This document shows positions 27,062-38,608 of a stretch of 64,000 nt of DNA, one piece after another. The position numbers were made by a program, and so were the translations under genes. Where the stretch lies: contig JACPAB010000003.1 of assembly GCA_016181045.1 (NCBI GenBank), forward strand, positions 7,652-71,651, read 5' to 3'. The first letter of the stretch is position 1; each line of letters starts with the position of its first letter. The notes below the pieces were generated by a model. The model was not told where the DNA came from. It did no database searches and saw only the letters and a list, made by a program, of their open reading frames with translations. Origin of the DNA: Candidatus Yanofskybacteria bacterium. Lineage in GTDB: Bacteria; Patescibacteriota; Minisyncoccia; 2-02-FULL-40-12; GWA2-44-9.

Positions 27062-28498
27062 TTATACGTAATATTTCTTTCGCCTCTCTTCCTCTTCCCT
27101 CTCTATCGCATCATCTATTTTTTTAAGCGACCCGCGGAGTTCTTCAGGCGACTTTTTATCCAGGTCGTGGATCCTCTGCATCAGGTCTTCCCGCACATTT
27201 TTTGACGGGTTTTCTACAACCTCGGCCAGAAGCGAGTTCAGGATCAGACCGACTTTGGGGCCCGGCTCCACACCAAGTTCTTTCATTACATCTTTACCGT
27301 CGATCTTGAGCATCTTGGCCGATATCGGGTCATCGGAGACCTTGTCGATGATATATTTGAGATGTCTCAATTTGTAGGGCACCGCCTTGGGCCGGCCCGA
27401 ACCGATCCTGTCGGCCTCCCGGACCTTTAAGAGGTCTTCCACGTTTTCTTTTCCTATCCTCACGAGCAATCTTCTTACCGATGATTCCGTTACCTCCTCG
27501 GGATTATAGTAGAACATATGGTACCTTACCAGTTTTATCACTTTCTCGCTAAAATCCCTGGGAAATTTAAGGCGGTCCATTATTTCTGCCGCCATCCTTG
27601 CGCCAACCACCTCGTGGCCGTAGAAAGTCGCTTCATTGTGGGTCTCTCCTCTTTTGGTACGGGGCTTCCCAATATCATGAAACAACGAAGCGAGCCGGAC
27701 TTCGAGAGAATATTTTTTTTCCGTAGAGTATTTTAGGGCGCGAGTGCAATGTTCCCAGACGGAGTAAATATGGTGAAGGTTTTGATCTACGCCTATTCCT
27801 TCACGAAGTTCGGGGGCAATGAATTTCAAAATCCCCGTTTCCTCAAGCAGTAAAATCCCCTCATAAGCGTTTTCGGACTCTATTATTTTTATGAATTCGT
27901 CCCGTATTCTCTCTTTTGATATCGCCGCCAGCCATTCCGAAGCGGCCTTAAGGGCTTTTAGGGTGGATTCTTCTATTTGAAACCCAAGTATCGTCGCAAA
28001 GCGGACGGTTCTTAATAGGCGCAATGCATCTTCGCCGAATCTGTCGGCTGGATTCCCGACCGTTCTGACCAGTTTGTTTTTTAGGTCTTTTTGTCCTTCA
28101 AACAAGTCAACAATCTTCCCGTCCTTGTCTATAGCCATTGCATTTATCGTGAAATCCCGACGGGATAGATCGTCCTCAAGCTTATTCGCAAACTTGATCT
28201 CATCGGGATGTCGTTTATCGGTATATTTTCCTTCTATTCTGTATGGCGTTACCTCCACAAGGGCTAAAGTTTCATCTTCCGAGCCGGTTTTCACTGCGAC
28301 TGTGCCGAAAACATTCTCATAGATATTTTCGGGAAAAATATTTTGAATTTCCCTCGGTTTTGCGTTTGTGGTTACGTCCCAATCTTTTGGTTCTTTGCCC
28401 AACAACAAATCGCGTACGCATCCGCCCACGACATAGCCCTGATAACCGGCTTTCTCGAGTTTTTCTATGATATTTTTTACTTCGTTCGGAAGTTCCAT
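27062..28498 (-). CDS. cca: CCA-adding tRNA nucleotidyltransferase with HD domain
   Basis: GGCVRDLLLG, RRDFTINA and an HD motif (LFHDIGK). Start trimmed to MELPNEV. Confidence 0.88.
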   Translation of the reverse strand: MELPNEVKNIIEKLEKAGYQGYVVGGCVRDLLLGKEPKDWDVTTNAKPREIQNIFPENIYENVFGTVAVKTGSEDETLALVEVTPYRIEGKYTDKRHPDEIKFANKLEDDLSRRDFTINAMAIDKDGKIVDLFEGQKDLKNKLVRTVGNPADRFGEDALRLLRTVRFATILGFQIEESTLKALKAASEWLAAISKERIRDEFIKIIESENAYEGILLLEETGILKFIAPELREGIGVDQNLHHIYSVWEHCTRALKYSTEKKYSLEVRLASLFHDIGKPRTKRGETHNEATFYGHEVVGARMAAEIMDRLKFPRDFSEKVIKLVRYHMFYYNPEEVTESSVRRLLVRIGKENVEDLLKVREADRIGSGRPKAVPYKLRHLKYIIDKVSDDPISAKMLKIDGKDVMKELGVEPGPKVGLILNSLLAEVVENPSKNVREDLMQRIHDLDKKSPEELRGSLKKIDDAIEREEEERRKKYYV

Positions 28499-28507
28499 TG
28501 TCTGTTG

Positions 28508-28579
28508 TGCCCCCACCAAGAGTCGAACTTGGATTTAGGGTTTAGGAAACCCTCGTCCTATCCGTTGAACGACAGGGGC
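28508..28579 (-). tRNA. tRNA-Arg(CCU)
   Basis: Hand fold: anticodon stem AGGGT/ACCCT, loop TTCCTAA, T-arm CCAAG-TTCGACT-CTTGG. The acceptor stem has two G-U pairs. Confidence 0.75.
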
Positions 28580-28652
28580 GTTATTTATCTTGAAATTATA
28601 CCATTTTTGAACTGGATTGACAACGACGTCTGTCTGTAATAATATGTAATAC

Positions 28653-28859
28653 ATGAGACAAATAATAAACATATCATTGCCGGAACAAATGGCAAAGATG
28701 GTCGAAAGAGAGGTTAAAAAAAGGAATTTCGCCTCTACTAGCGAATACATTCGTTATCTTATCAGGTCAAACGAATTGATATCTGATATAGAACAAAGCC
28801 GAAAGGAGTTCGCCGAAGGTAAGGGAAAGATATTGAAGTCACTTAAAGATTTGGGGTAG
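28653..28859 (+). CDS. Ribbon-helix-helix (CopG/ParD-like) antitoxin
   Basis: N-terminal RHH-like pattern MRQIINISLPEQMAKMVEREVKKRNFASTSEYIRYLIR. Confidence 0.65.
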   Translation: MRQIINISLPEQMAKMVEREVKKRNFASTSEYIRYLIRSNELISDIEQSRKEFAEGKGKILKSLKDLG

Positions 28860-28861
28860 AT

Positions 28862-29125
28862 TTGTTAATGCAAATTTCTTATTCCCCCACATTCAGAAAA
28901 AGATATAAAAAACTCCGAAAAGAGGTAAAATTACAAGCCATTAAAAAAGAGATTTTGTTTAGAAAAAATCCATTTGAACCTTCCCTGGGAACTCACAAAC
29001 TTCATGGACGAATGGAGGGGTTGCGCGCGTTTTGGGTTAACAAAAAATACAGGATAATTTTTGAATTTGAGAGTGATAGTATGATAAAATTTCACACTGT
29101 CGGTACTCACGATATTTACAAGTAA
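28862..29125 (+). CDS. RelE/YafQ-family type II toxin
   Basis: LGTHKLHGRMEGLRAFWVNKKYRIIFEFE...FHTVGTHD pattern. The start may be the ATG at 28868. Confidence 0.7.
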   Translation: MLMQISYSPTFRKRYKKLRKEVKLQAIKKEILFRKNPFEPSLGTHKLHGRMEGLRAFWVNKKYRIIFEFESDSMIKFHTVGTHDIYK

Positions 29126-29127
29126 AT

Positions 29128-29200
29128 GGGCCTGTAGCTCAGCTGGTAGAGCGCGCGAATGGCATTCGCGAGGTCACGGGTTCGATCCCCGTCGGGTCCA
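29128..29200 (+). tRNA. tRNA-Ala(GGC)
   Basis: Hand fold: G3:U70 pair present, anticodon loop ATGGCAT, T-arm ACGGG-TTCGATC-CCCGT. It starts 2 nt after the toxin stop. Confidence 0.85.
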
Positions 29201-29208
29201 CAAATACT

Positions 29209-29234
29209 AAACGGCTCACCAGGGTGAGCCGTTT
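29209..29234. terminator. Bidirectional terminator hairpin
   Basis: aaacggctcac-cagg-gtgagccgttt. A near-identical stem occurs at 62193-62220. Confidence 0.75.
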
Positions 29235-29799
29235 AAATTGCGTGGAGTTCCTTCAGAGTTCTCTCGTATAGAATGACCGCTCTTTTCGCTTCCGCGTAGC
29301 GTAAAAAGTAGTTCGTATCATGGACGAGGCGGTTTCTGATCTTGTGGGCTTCCCAGAGGCCATTGAGTGTTTCAAGCTGGCTTTGATTGATAGCCAGAAG
29401 ACGCTCGCCCATTGTTTCTCCGGGGAATGAATTTTTAAGAATGTCATCGACTACTTTGTCTGCTTCGATGACGGCGAATTTCCATTCGGCCTCGCGGGTG
29501 GAAGTTATATGCCTTTGAACTTCTTCCCAACGGGTGTTTACTGCCGAAGTGGCCGAACTGGGCGGGGCGATGATTTTTGCGATATCTATTCTTTTTGCCG
29601 CCAACCGGTTGAGCTTAACCACGACGATCACGAGAAGCAAAAAAACAATACCCGCCAGTGAGGCCATTACTATTTTTAAAGTACTGAGATTTTCTCCGAG
29701 GAACGGGAAATAATCGCCTATCTGGGCCAACTGAAATCCTCCGATCCCTGAAGTGGTAAATAAACTTCCAACTGTTGAAGACACGATGTTGTAGTCCAT
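29233..29799 (-). CDS. Hypothetical membrane-anchored protein
   Basis: 188 aa with one central TM helix (LAGIVFLLLVIVVVKL) and a helical C-terminal domain. Confidence 0.55.
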   Translation of the reverse strand: MDYNIVSSTVGSLFTTSGIGGFQLAQIGDYFPFLGENLSTLKIVMASLAGIVFLLLVIVVVKLNRLAAKRIDIAKIIAPPSSATSAVNTRWEEVQRHITSTREAEWKFAVIEADKVVDDILKNSFPGETMGERLLAINQSQLETLNGLWEAHKIRNRLVHDTNYFLRYAEAKRAVILYERTLKELHAI

Positions 29800-29807
29800 G
29801 CCCGTAT

Positions 29808-31235
29808 TTATTTTAACGCTTGTTCCAAATGATATGCCAGACGCAGGACCGTCGCTTCATCGAAGTATTTTCCGATGATCTGGAAGCCCACCGGCATATT
29901 ACTCTCCCGTCCCAATCCGCACGGGACAGATATGCCGGGCAGGCCGGCCAGGTTAACCGGTACGGTGTAGATGTCTTCCAAATACAGAGACAACGGGTCG
30001 GCTACCTTCTCCCCTATTTTGAATGCCGTAGTCGGAGACACCGGCCCTACAATAGCGTCAACTTTCTTAAAAGCATTGTCGAAGTCCTGTCTCAACAGAG
30101 TGCGGATTTTCTGCGCTTTCAGGTAATAAGCATCATAATATCCCGAGGATAACGCGTATGTTCCCAAGATTATCCTTCTTTTGGGTTCCGGTCCAAGCCC
30201 TTCCGAACGCGAGTTCAAATATACGTCCAACAATGTTTCCGATTTTTGGGAAGAATGACCGTATCTTATGCCGTCAAAACGGGCCAGGTTCGAAGAGATC
30301 TCCGAAGGAACGATTATATAATAAGCGGCCAGAGCGTATTCGAAGTTGGGCAGAGATATCTCTTCGATGATACAGCCCAGCTCCGCGAGCTTGTTTATGG
30401 AATGCCTGACCTTTTCTTCAACCTCCGGGCTCAAGCCTTTCCCAAAAAATTCCTTCGGCACTCCTATTTTAAGGCCCTTGATGCCGGAATTAAGATTTTT
30501 CGAGACATTAGGGACGGCTTTGTTTAAAGTTGTGGAATCGAATTTATCAAATCCGGCAATTGCTTCGAAAATCAGGGCCGCGTCTTCAACATTTTTGGTG
30601 ATAGGTCCGATCTGGTCCAGAGATGAGGCCATCGCTATAAGCCCGTGGCGGGAAACTCGTCCGTAACTGGGCTTAAACCCCACCACTCCGCAAAAAGACG
30701 CCGGTTGGCGTATCGAACCGCCGGTATCGGAACCGAGGGCGAATACCGCCAGGTCCGCGGCAACGGCTGCGGCCGAACCGCCGGAAGAACCGCCCGGAAC
30801 CCGCTTAAGGTCGTGAGGATTTTTCGTGGGGCCAAAAGCGGAATTTTCGGTTGATGTGCCCATGGCGAACTCATCCATATTTGTTTTCCCAAGAAACTGT
30901 ACGCCTGCTGATCTTAACTTTTTTATAACCGTTGCGTCATAAGCCGATATATAATTTTCAAGCATCTTTGAGCCGGCAGTACAAATAGTGCCGTTGATGA
31001 GCATGTTGTCTTTGGTGGCGGCGGGAACAGCCCAGAGCGGCCCAGCCGCCTGGGAATTTCTGATTTCTAATTTCAAATTTCTAAATACAGATAAATAAGC
31101 GTTGAATTTTTTGTTCTCTCTGCTTATTTTTTCTGAATAGTGTTTGAAAATCTCTTCAGCCGAAAACTCCTTCTTCCGAAGGCCTACTTGAACATCGCGA
31201 ATCGTGTAATTTTTTGAATTTTTAATTTCGGACAT
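29808..31235 (-). CDS. gatA: Glutamyl-tRNA(Gln)/aspartyl-tRNA(Asn) amidotransferase subunit A
   Basis: Amidase signature GGSSGGSAAAVA, 475 aa, located downstream of gatC. Confidence 0.93.
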   Translation of the reverse strand: MSEIKNSKNYTIRDVQVGLRKKEFSAEEIFKHYSEKISRENKKFNAYLSVFRNLKLEIRNSQAAGPLWAVPAATKDNMLINGTICTAGSKMLENYISAYDATVIKKLRSAGVQFLGKTNMDEFAMGTSTENSAFGPTKNPHDLKRVPGGSSGGSAAAVAADLAVFALGSDTGGSIRQPASFCGVVGFKPSYGRVSRHGLIAMASSLDQIGPITKNVEDAALIFEAIAGFDKFDSTTLNKAVPNVSKNLNSGIKGLKIGVPKEFFGKGLSPEVEEKVRHSINKLAELGCIIEEISLPNFEYALAAYYIIVPSEISSNLARFDGIRYGHSSQKSETLLDVYLNSRSEGLGPEPKRRIILGTYALSSGYYDAYYLKAQKIRTLLRQDFDNAFKKVDAIVGPVSPTTAFKIGEKVADPLSLYLEDIYTVPVNLAGLPGISVPCGLGRESNMPVGFQIIGKYFDEATVLRLAYHLEQALK

Positions 31236-31266
31236 TTGGATTTGTTTAGAAATTAGTAATTAGAAA

Positions 31267-31602
31267 TTAGGATTTCCGCAAGACCGATTTCACCTTAATA
31301 AATCGGTTTTGTCGGCTTGGCGCTTGGCCGACGAGCTTATCGTTCAAGTCCTCGTTCATTTCACCCTCTTTCGCCGAGGCTTCGGCGGGCAAGAAGTCCT
31401 TCCGGTATTCGTCCGTCCGGAAAGAATTGATCAGGCCTGTGATCTGGTGGGCGGGGTCAACTTTTGACGTATCAACTTTGTTCAACTGGTTTATAAAATC
31501 CAAAATCGAACCCAGCTCTTTTGGAAATTTTTTCGCTTCATCCTTGTTTAACTTTATTCTTGCCAAGTTGGCAACATGTTGTAGTTCTTTTTCGGTAAGC
31601 AT
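31267..31602 (-). CDS. gatC: Amidotransferase subunit C
   Basis: VANLARIKL...ILDFINQLNKVDT pattern, located upstream of gatA. Confidence 0.85.
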   Translation of the reverse strand: MLTEKELQHVANLARIKLNKDEAKKFPKELGSILDFINQLNKVDTSKVDPAHQITGLINSFRTDEYRKDFLPAEASAKEGEMNEDLNDKLVGQAPSRQNRFIKVKSVLRKS

Positions 31603-31619
31603 GGTGTCGGTTAACTGAT

Positions 31620-33662
<2,043 letters not shown>

Positions 33663-33687
33663 TCAGATTTAGTGGTGGATTAAAGGC

Positions 33688-34047
33688 CTATTCCTCTACT
33701 TTGAACGCCCTGGTAACGGTTCGGAATGTTCCAATTACAGTGTGGTTCAGAGGGCTTTCGGCGGGGGCGCATGTGCCGGGTCCTGCGCCGAAGAGAATGG
33801 TATATGTCGCTCCGTTGGACATGACCGGCTGGGACACGGGCGGCTGCCGGTCTCTTTGGGTGTAAAGGCACCACTCCACAGCGCTATCGGCGGCATATAT
33901 GGCAGCCACGGAACTCAAGGAATCCTGCGCCGACTTTAAACGAGGCAGAAGTGTGTTAGCCAAAGACAGGGTGATAGTGAGAATTACGCCCAGCATAAGA
34001 ACGGAGAATATTAATACTGAACCTTTTTGGATATCGTAAATTTTCAT
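33688..34047 (-). CDS. Minor pilin-like (PilX-like) protein
   Basis: N-terminal hydrophobic helix GSVLIFSVLMLGVILTITL. Last gene of the pilin block. Confidence 0.45.
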   Translation of the reverse strand: MKIYDIQKGSVLIFSVLMLGVILTITLSLANTLLPRLKSAQDSLSSVAAIYAADSAVEWCLYTQRDRQPPVSQPVMSNGATYTILFGAGPGTCAPAESPLNHTVIGTFRTVTRAFKVEE

Positions 34048-34048
34048 A

Positions 34049-34588
34049 TTATGGAAAAGAAAATTCACCTATCTCATCTCGGGACGAGACGGTGGTCTGA
34101 AGGTTTATTTCAAGCACTTCACGGCCCGATACGTTTTCTACTGTTGTCAGAATTGCTACCCTGGGGGTCTTATTGTCGTTCGACAAAGAACCCGTTATAC
34201 AAAAGTTGAATCGCGAAAATCTCACATCGGAACCGCTTATGACCACATAAGGCCCTCCGGCCTGGCTCTTCTCGATTGCGCCGTTGTTCAATCTAAAGAC
34301 GACATCGCTTTTTACGGGGTGGTTTATGGTGAGGGTGTTGGCCGTGCAACCTGGCGACTCCTGATTTGCGATCACGCTTACCCTGATATCTCTGGACATG
34401 CTCTCCAGAACGAATATGGCGTTATCCTGTATCTTTTGGGATGCGGATGCTCTTCTTTGCAACGATAAGGTTTCGACGAATATGCCACTGACAGCCATTG
34501 CGATGATGGAAAATATAAGCGAAGTTACAAGGACTTCAACTATTGTAAACCCCGCCTCTGATTTTTTTACATTTAAATATTTAAACAT
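34049..34588 (-). CDS. Prepilin-type N-terminal cleavage/methylation domain protein (minor pilin)
   Basis: AGFTIVEVLVTSLIFSII class III signal. Confidence 0.75.
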   Translation of the reverse strand: MFKYLNVKKSEAGFTIVEVLVTSLIFSIIAMAVSGIFVETLSLQRRASASQKIQDNAIFVLESMSRDIRVSVIANQESPGCTANTLTINHPVKSDVVFRLNNGAIEKSQAGGPYVVISGSDVRFSRFNFCITGSLSNDNKTPRVAILTTVENVSGREVLEINLQTTVSSRDEIGEFSFP

Positions 34589-34599
34589 TTAAATATTTT

Positions 34600-35091
34600 T
34601 TATTTCCAGTTAAAAAGATGTGATTCCGCGATAGCGCTTTTTGCTATGCCCCCCCGCTGTTCCCAGGTTACTTCGCTTATGATTCTCAATTCGCCCGCAT
34701 TGACCTTCAGGATCGAGATCGTCCTTCGGAATATCGTGTTGTTGCCGGTTGAATAATTATACAACCCGTTAGCTTCTTTGATGGGCGGATTTGTGCCCAA
34801 TGCGATAAGGGTGTCGGAATTCCATTCAATCCTGTAAGTGCCGTTGGCAAGGCCGGTGTCAAAAGCGGTACCATTGAACCAGTTGGTGTCTCTTATTCCC
34901 CTTATAACCTCTATGCCTTCCTGGGTCAGGTTGGCGGCAACGAGATTGTTTTTAACGACCGCGGCGGTATTGTTTATATTGGTCGTTAAGATCAAAGACG
35001 GCCCAAGAGCGATGGTCAGCACAACCAAAGCCATCAGGGCTTCAATAAGGGTAAAACCTTTGTTATTGAATTTTTCCGGAAGTATATACAT
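34600..35091 (-). CDS. Prepilin-type minor pilin (PilV-like)
   Basis: KGFTLIEALMALVVLTIAL class III signal. Confidence 0.75.
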   Translation of the reverse strand: MYILPEKFNNKGFTLIEALMALVVLTIALGPSLILTTNINNTAAVVKNNLVAANLTQEGIEVIRGIRDTNWFNGTAFDTGLANGTYRIEWNSDTLIALGTNPPIKEANGLYNYSTGNNTIFRRTISILKVNAGELRIISEVTWEQRGGIAKSAIAESHLFNWK

Positions 35092-35599
35092 TTATGGTTT
35101 TACAATTAGCCGGACAAGTTCCGCCTATTTTCCCTAAAGTAATAGCTTGGGGCGGCAGTCCTAAAGTCGAATCGTTGTTAAGATATGTTTTTGGGTCTGG
35201 CGGTTCGAAGAATATGTCGTTGAAGGGCGACTTGAATTCGACTCTGGTATCGGTAAAGACACTCGTTAATATTATCGTGTCGGCACCGTCGTAGTTCTTG
35301 TTAAGCGCGGAACAATTGACGGAAGCGGCGTCAGGCCCGACATATAGGGCATACGAGGTCTGGTCTATATAGTGGATCCCATAACCGCATCTTATTTTCA
35401 ATCCGGTTCCGGTATCATGCCGCGCGCTTGCAAGCGCGCGCGTTTGGGCTAATCGTAGCCCACCCACGAGTTCATTGGCGGTCAAAGTCAGGTCGATCCT
35501 GCTTCTTTGGAAGTTGAGCAGCATAAAAGCGGTGATAACACCGGTAATTGCGGCCACCACCGCAACCTCAACAAGAGTAAATCCACTCCGCCTATTCAT
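35063..35599 (-). CDS. Prepilin-type minor pilin (FimT/GspH-like)
   Basis: SGFTLVEVAVVAAITGVI class III signal. Confidence 0.75.
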   Translation of the reverse strand: MNRRSGFTLVEVAVVAAITGVITAFMLLNFQRSRIDLTLTANELVGGLRLAQTRALASARHDTGTGLKIRCGYGIHYIDQTSYALYVGPDAASVNCSALNKNYDGADTIILTSVFTDTRVEFKSPFNDIFFEPPDPKTYLNNDSTLGLPPQAITLGKIGGTCPANCKTINVYTSGKIQ

Positions 35600-36029
35600 A
35601 TTTGATGACGATGCTGTCGCCGGCCTTGAGATTAATCTTATTCAAGTCCTTGGAGTCGATCTGCTTGTCATTGATAAAAAATCCGAAATGCTTGTCCCCC
35701 ACTCTATTCAGGTGGTCATTGATCTCCATGATCCGGGTCTGATTCTTCTCGTCCAACGCATAGTTGAGTTTTATTTTTCCGACAGCCATAGCCATGTTCA
35801 AGGCATCGAGTACTGTCATGTCCTCTACAACCTCGCCTTCAAAAGTTCTTTTCAGGTTATCAAAATTAACGGCTAAAGTGGCCAAACTGTTGCCATCGCT
35901 TCCAGCATCTTTCAGGTTGTCAACGGTTATTTTAAAAACGGAAGCCAGCAGTAATAAAACTATGATCGAAGCTATTTCGATCAGGTACCGTTTCTTAAAA
36001 AATGGTTTGAGTGACTTTTTGTAATTCAT
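35592..36029 (-). CDS. Membrane-anchored DUF4430-like protein
   Basis: N-terminal TM helix. The pattern TVLDAL...INDKQ...LKAGDSIVIKYE resembles DUF4430. Assignment is from memory. Confidence 0.4.
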   Translation of the reverse strand: MNYKKSLKPFFKKRYLIEIASIIVLLLLASVFKITVDNLKDAGSDGNSLATLAVNFDNLKRTFEGEVVEDMTVLDALNMAMAVGKIKLNYALDEKNQTRIMEINDHLNRVGDKHFGFFINDKQIDSKDLNKINLKAGDSIVIKYE

Positions 36030-36747
36030 TTTGGAAAATTAAGAAAATTATCGAGTTTATTGCTAAAAAAGTTCCCAGGGGCAGCGCTGTTTTAAGTGTC
36101 GCCTTTCCGGCCATGACAAGGGCTATACCAACCAATGCCGCTGTCCAGACGGAGAACAGCACCGCCAGAACGCCCAGAGGATAACCCAGCGCCAGACCGA
36201 TTAAAAATACAAGCTTAGCGTCTCCGAGGCCGAGCCACCGCCCCCGGGACCCTAAGTACATTATAGCAAAGATCGCGCTAAGTATTAAAGCGGTAATCAA
36301 CCGCGCCGAAATGTCCGCCACGGACAGGTTAAAAGTAAAAGCCAAAATGATAAGCGGGAAAACGATCTTGTCGGGAATAATAAGTTCGAGAAGATCCGAA
36401 AATACTATAACCATCAAACCGGAGATAAGCGCTAATCCATAGAGCACCTCGAGAGCATAAGTATTTCGGAAATAGATATATGCCAAGAAGGCGACCGCCG
36501 TCAGTATTTCGACAGCGGGATATATCAAGGATATTTTTTGCCGGCAATGGCGGCACTTCCCCTTCAGGGTCAGGAAACTCAAAACAGGAATAAGGTCGCG
36601 CCATTTCAGAACATGGCCGCAATGCGGGCATTCGGATCTTCCCCAAAATATCCCGCCCTTTTTGCCAAGTCGGAATGTTATAACGTTAAGAAAACTGCCG
36701 ATACTTAAACCGACAACAAGAATGAAAAGTGTGATAATCCAGCCCAT
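35995..36747 (-). CDS. pilD: Prepilin peptidase (A24 family)
   Basis: Zn-binding CPHC...CRHC and polytopic membrane domains containing GLGDAKL. Confidence 0.9.
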   Translation of the reverse strand: MGWIITLFILVVGLSIGSFLNVITFRLGKKGGIFWGRSECPHCGHVLKWRDLIPVLSFLTLKGKCRHCRQKISLIYPAVEILTAVAFLAYIYFRNTYALEVLYGLALISGLMVIVFSDLLELIIPDKIVFPLIILAFTFNLSVADISARLITALILSAIFAIMYLGSRGRWLGLGDAKLVFLIGLALGYPLGVLAVLFSVWTAALVGIALVMAGKATLKTALPLGTFLAINSIIFLIFQNELQKVTQTIF

Positions 36748-36761
36748 TAGTTAAGTATATC

Positions 36762-36787
36762 AAAAATCCGGCAGATGCCGGATTTTT
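36762..36787 (-). terminator. Intrinsic terminator after the major pilin gene
   Basis: aaaaatccggc-agat-gccggattttt. Confidence 0.8.
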
Positions 36788-36816
36788 GATGAGGTTTAAA
36801 AGTTTAAAGTTTAAAA

Positions 36817-37332
36817 CTAATTTTGGCCCTGATCATAAACACAGTTTATGCCTGTACTGGTGCAGTTGGCACCGTTTGCGTCAGTTCCGTCACGGCCTTG
36901 TCCGGTCCACCCCACAGAGGAGTTGATGTCCGCGTCGCTTTTAAGAGCTCCCGCCGATTGCTCCAGCTCTGCCCAGACGTGGTATCTCGTCAAACCGTTA
37001 TATGCGTATCCATAAGCGTAGTCACCTGCGTTCAAGGGATCTGACGGCATCTGGGTCATGTATTTCGGAACCAATAGCGCTCCAAGCCCGGCAAATGTCG
37101 CTGTCTGGGGATATGATCCGGCATCGTCGAAATAAAGCTCCGCGGCGGTCCTTACCTGGCTAATGTCGGCAATTCTCTTGGCGTCTCTGGCTCTTTGCCT
37201 GGCTACGCCAAGCTGCAGCAAGAGAAGGGTGGCAAGGATACCGATAATGGAAATGACGACCAGAAGCTCGACCAAGGTAAAACCCTTCGATTGACTCAGG
37301 GCGAGTCCTTTTTGAGAGTTGTTTTTTATCAT
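36817..37332 (-). CDS. pilA: Major type IV pilin
   Basis: [23 protein letters not shown] class III signal with Glu at +5. It has its own terminator. Confidence 0.85.
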   Translation of the reverse strand: MIKNNSQKGLALSQSKGFTLVELLVVISIIGILATLLLLQLGVARQRARDAKRIADISQVRTAAELYFDDAGSYPQTATFAGLGALLVPKYMTQMPSDPLNAGDYAYGYAYNGLTRYHVWAELEQSAGALKSDADINSSVGWTGQGRDGTDANGANCTSTGINCVYDQGQN

Positions 37333-37396
37333 ATTCTTAATTTTACTTGAAACATGAAGATTAACGCAACTTAAGATATCAACACCTTCTTTTTAA

Positions 37397-38605
37397 TTAA
37401 CTTACCCCGACCAGGTTATATATCGGCAGCAGTATCGCCGAGACCAAAATTGCAACAGCTACGCCGAGCAGTAGAACTAAGATCGGCTCTATCAGCTGGG
37501 AAATGCTTCCAATGGCGTTCTCCGATTCGGATTTGTAGTATTTGGATATGTGGGTAAGCATGAAGTCCAGCTTTCCTGTTTTTTCTCCGATTGCCACCAT
37601 CGAGGTGGTCAGCGGCGGGATCTCGGCATATTTAGAGAATGATTCGGATATCGTTCCTCCGCCTCTTACATTCTCTTCGGCGTCGAGGAGTATCTTCTGA
37701 TAATTAATGTTGCCGACCAGCTCGGATGTTATATGAAGGGCGTCAAGAATGGGAATCCCCGACTTGATCAGGGTCGATAAGCTTTCCGATATGCGGGCAA
37801 GATATAAACTTCTTACGACAACTCCGAGAGAAGGCATGGTGATCTTTAGGTTATCCAGCCAGGCCCTGCCGGAGGAAGTGCCGATGTATCTCCAAAACCC
37901 CACTATCAAGGCGAGCAGAAAGGGCACAAGGATAATAAGATATTTGTTCACAAAAGCCGTAACCCATATGAGCATTCTGGTAGTTATGGGAAGCTGAACG
38001 TCCCCAATATCTTTGAATACCGAAAGCAATTGAGGAAGGACATATACCACCATGATCGACGTTACCACAAGCAACGCGAACACCACGAAGGCCGGATATG
38101 CCAGGGCGCCCCGTATTTTAGAGTTTATGGATTGGCTTCTTTCTAAATAGTCAGCCAGATAGAGCAAGGACTCATGAAGTTTTCCGGAGACCTCTCCCGA
38201 TTGGACAAGTTTTATGTAAAAAGAGCCGAAAAGTTCTGGATGAACCGCCAACGAGGCCGACAATGATTGGCCGCTTTCCACTGCCTCGGAGACGTCAGTG
38301 AGGACTTTTCTGAACTGGGGTTTTTCAACCTGTTTGGCCAGAGTTCTCAGTCCTTCTGCTAAAGGCATGTCGGCATCGATCAGGGTGGATAGTTGTCTGG
38401 TGAACAAAACCACGTCCTTGTTCGATATTTTGGAAAAATATTTGGATATGTCGGACGATAGAATTCCCTTGTCGGTCGCCTCCAAAGACAAGATAGTATA
38501 ACCCTTTGACTGCAAAGTGGTGACGGCGACGTTCTCATCCGGTGCCTCAACGCTTCCCTCCAGTATCTCCCCAGTTTGTGTTTTGACCTTATATTTGAAA
38601 TTCAT
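37397..38605 (-). CDS. pilC: Type IV pilus platform protein PilC (GspF family)
   Basis: 402 aa with duplicated GspF domains and 3 TM segments. Confidence 0.9.
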   Translation of the reverse strand: MNFKYKVKTQTGEILEGSVEAPDENVAVTTLQSKGYTILSLEATDKGILSSDISKYFSKISNKDVVLFTRQLSTLIDADMPLAEGLRTLAKQVEKPQFRKVLTDVSEAVESGQSLSASLAVHPELFGSFYIKLVQSGEVSGKLHESLLYLADYLERSQSINSKIRGALAYPAFVVFALLVVTSIMVVYVLPQLLSVFKDIGDVQLPITTRMLIWVTAFVNKYLIILVPFLLALIVGFWRYIGTSSGRAWLDNLKITMPSLGVVVRSLYLARISESLSTLIKSGIPILDALHITSELVGNINYQKILLDAEENVRGGGTISESFSKYAEIPPLTTSMVAIGEKTGKLDFMLTHISKYYKSESENAIGSISQLIEPILVLLLGVAVAILVSAILLPIYNLVGVS

Positions 38606-38608
38606 ATC

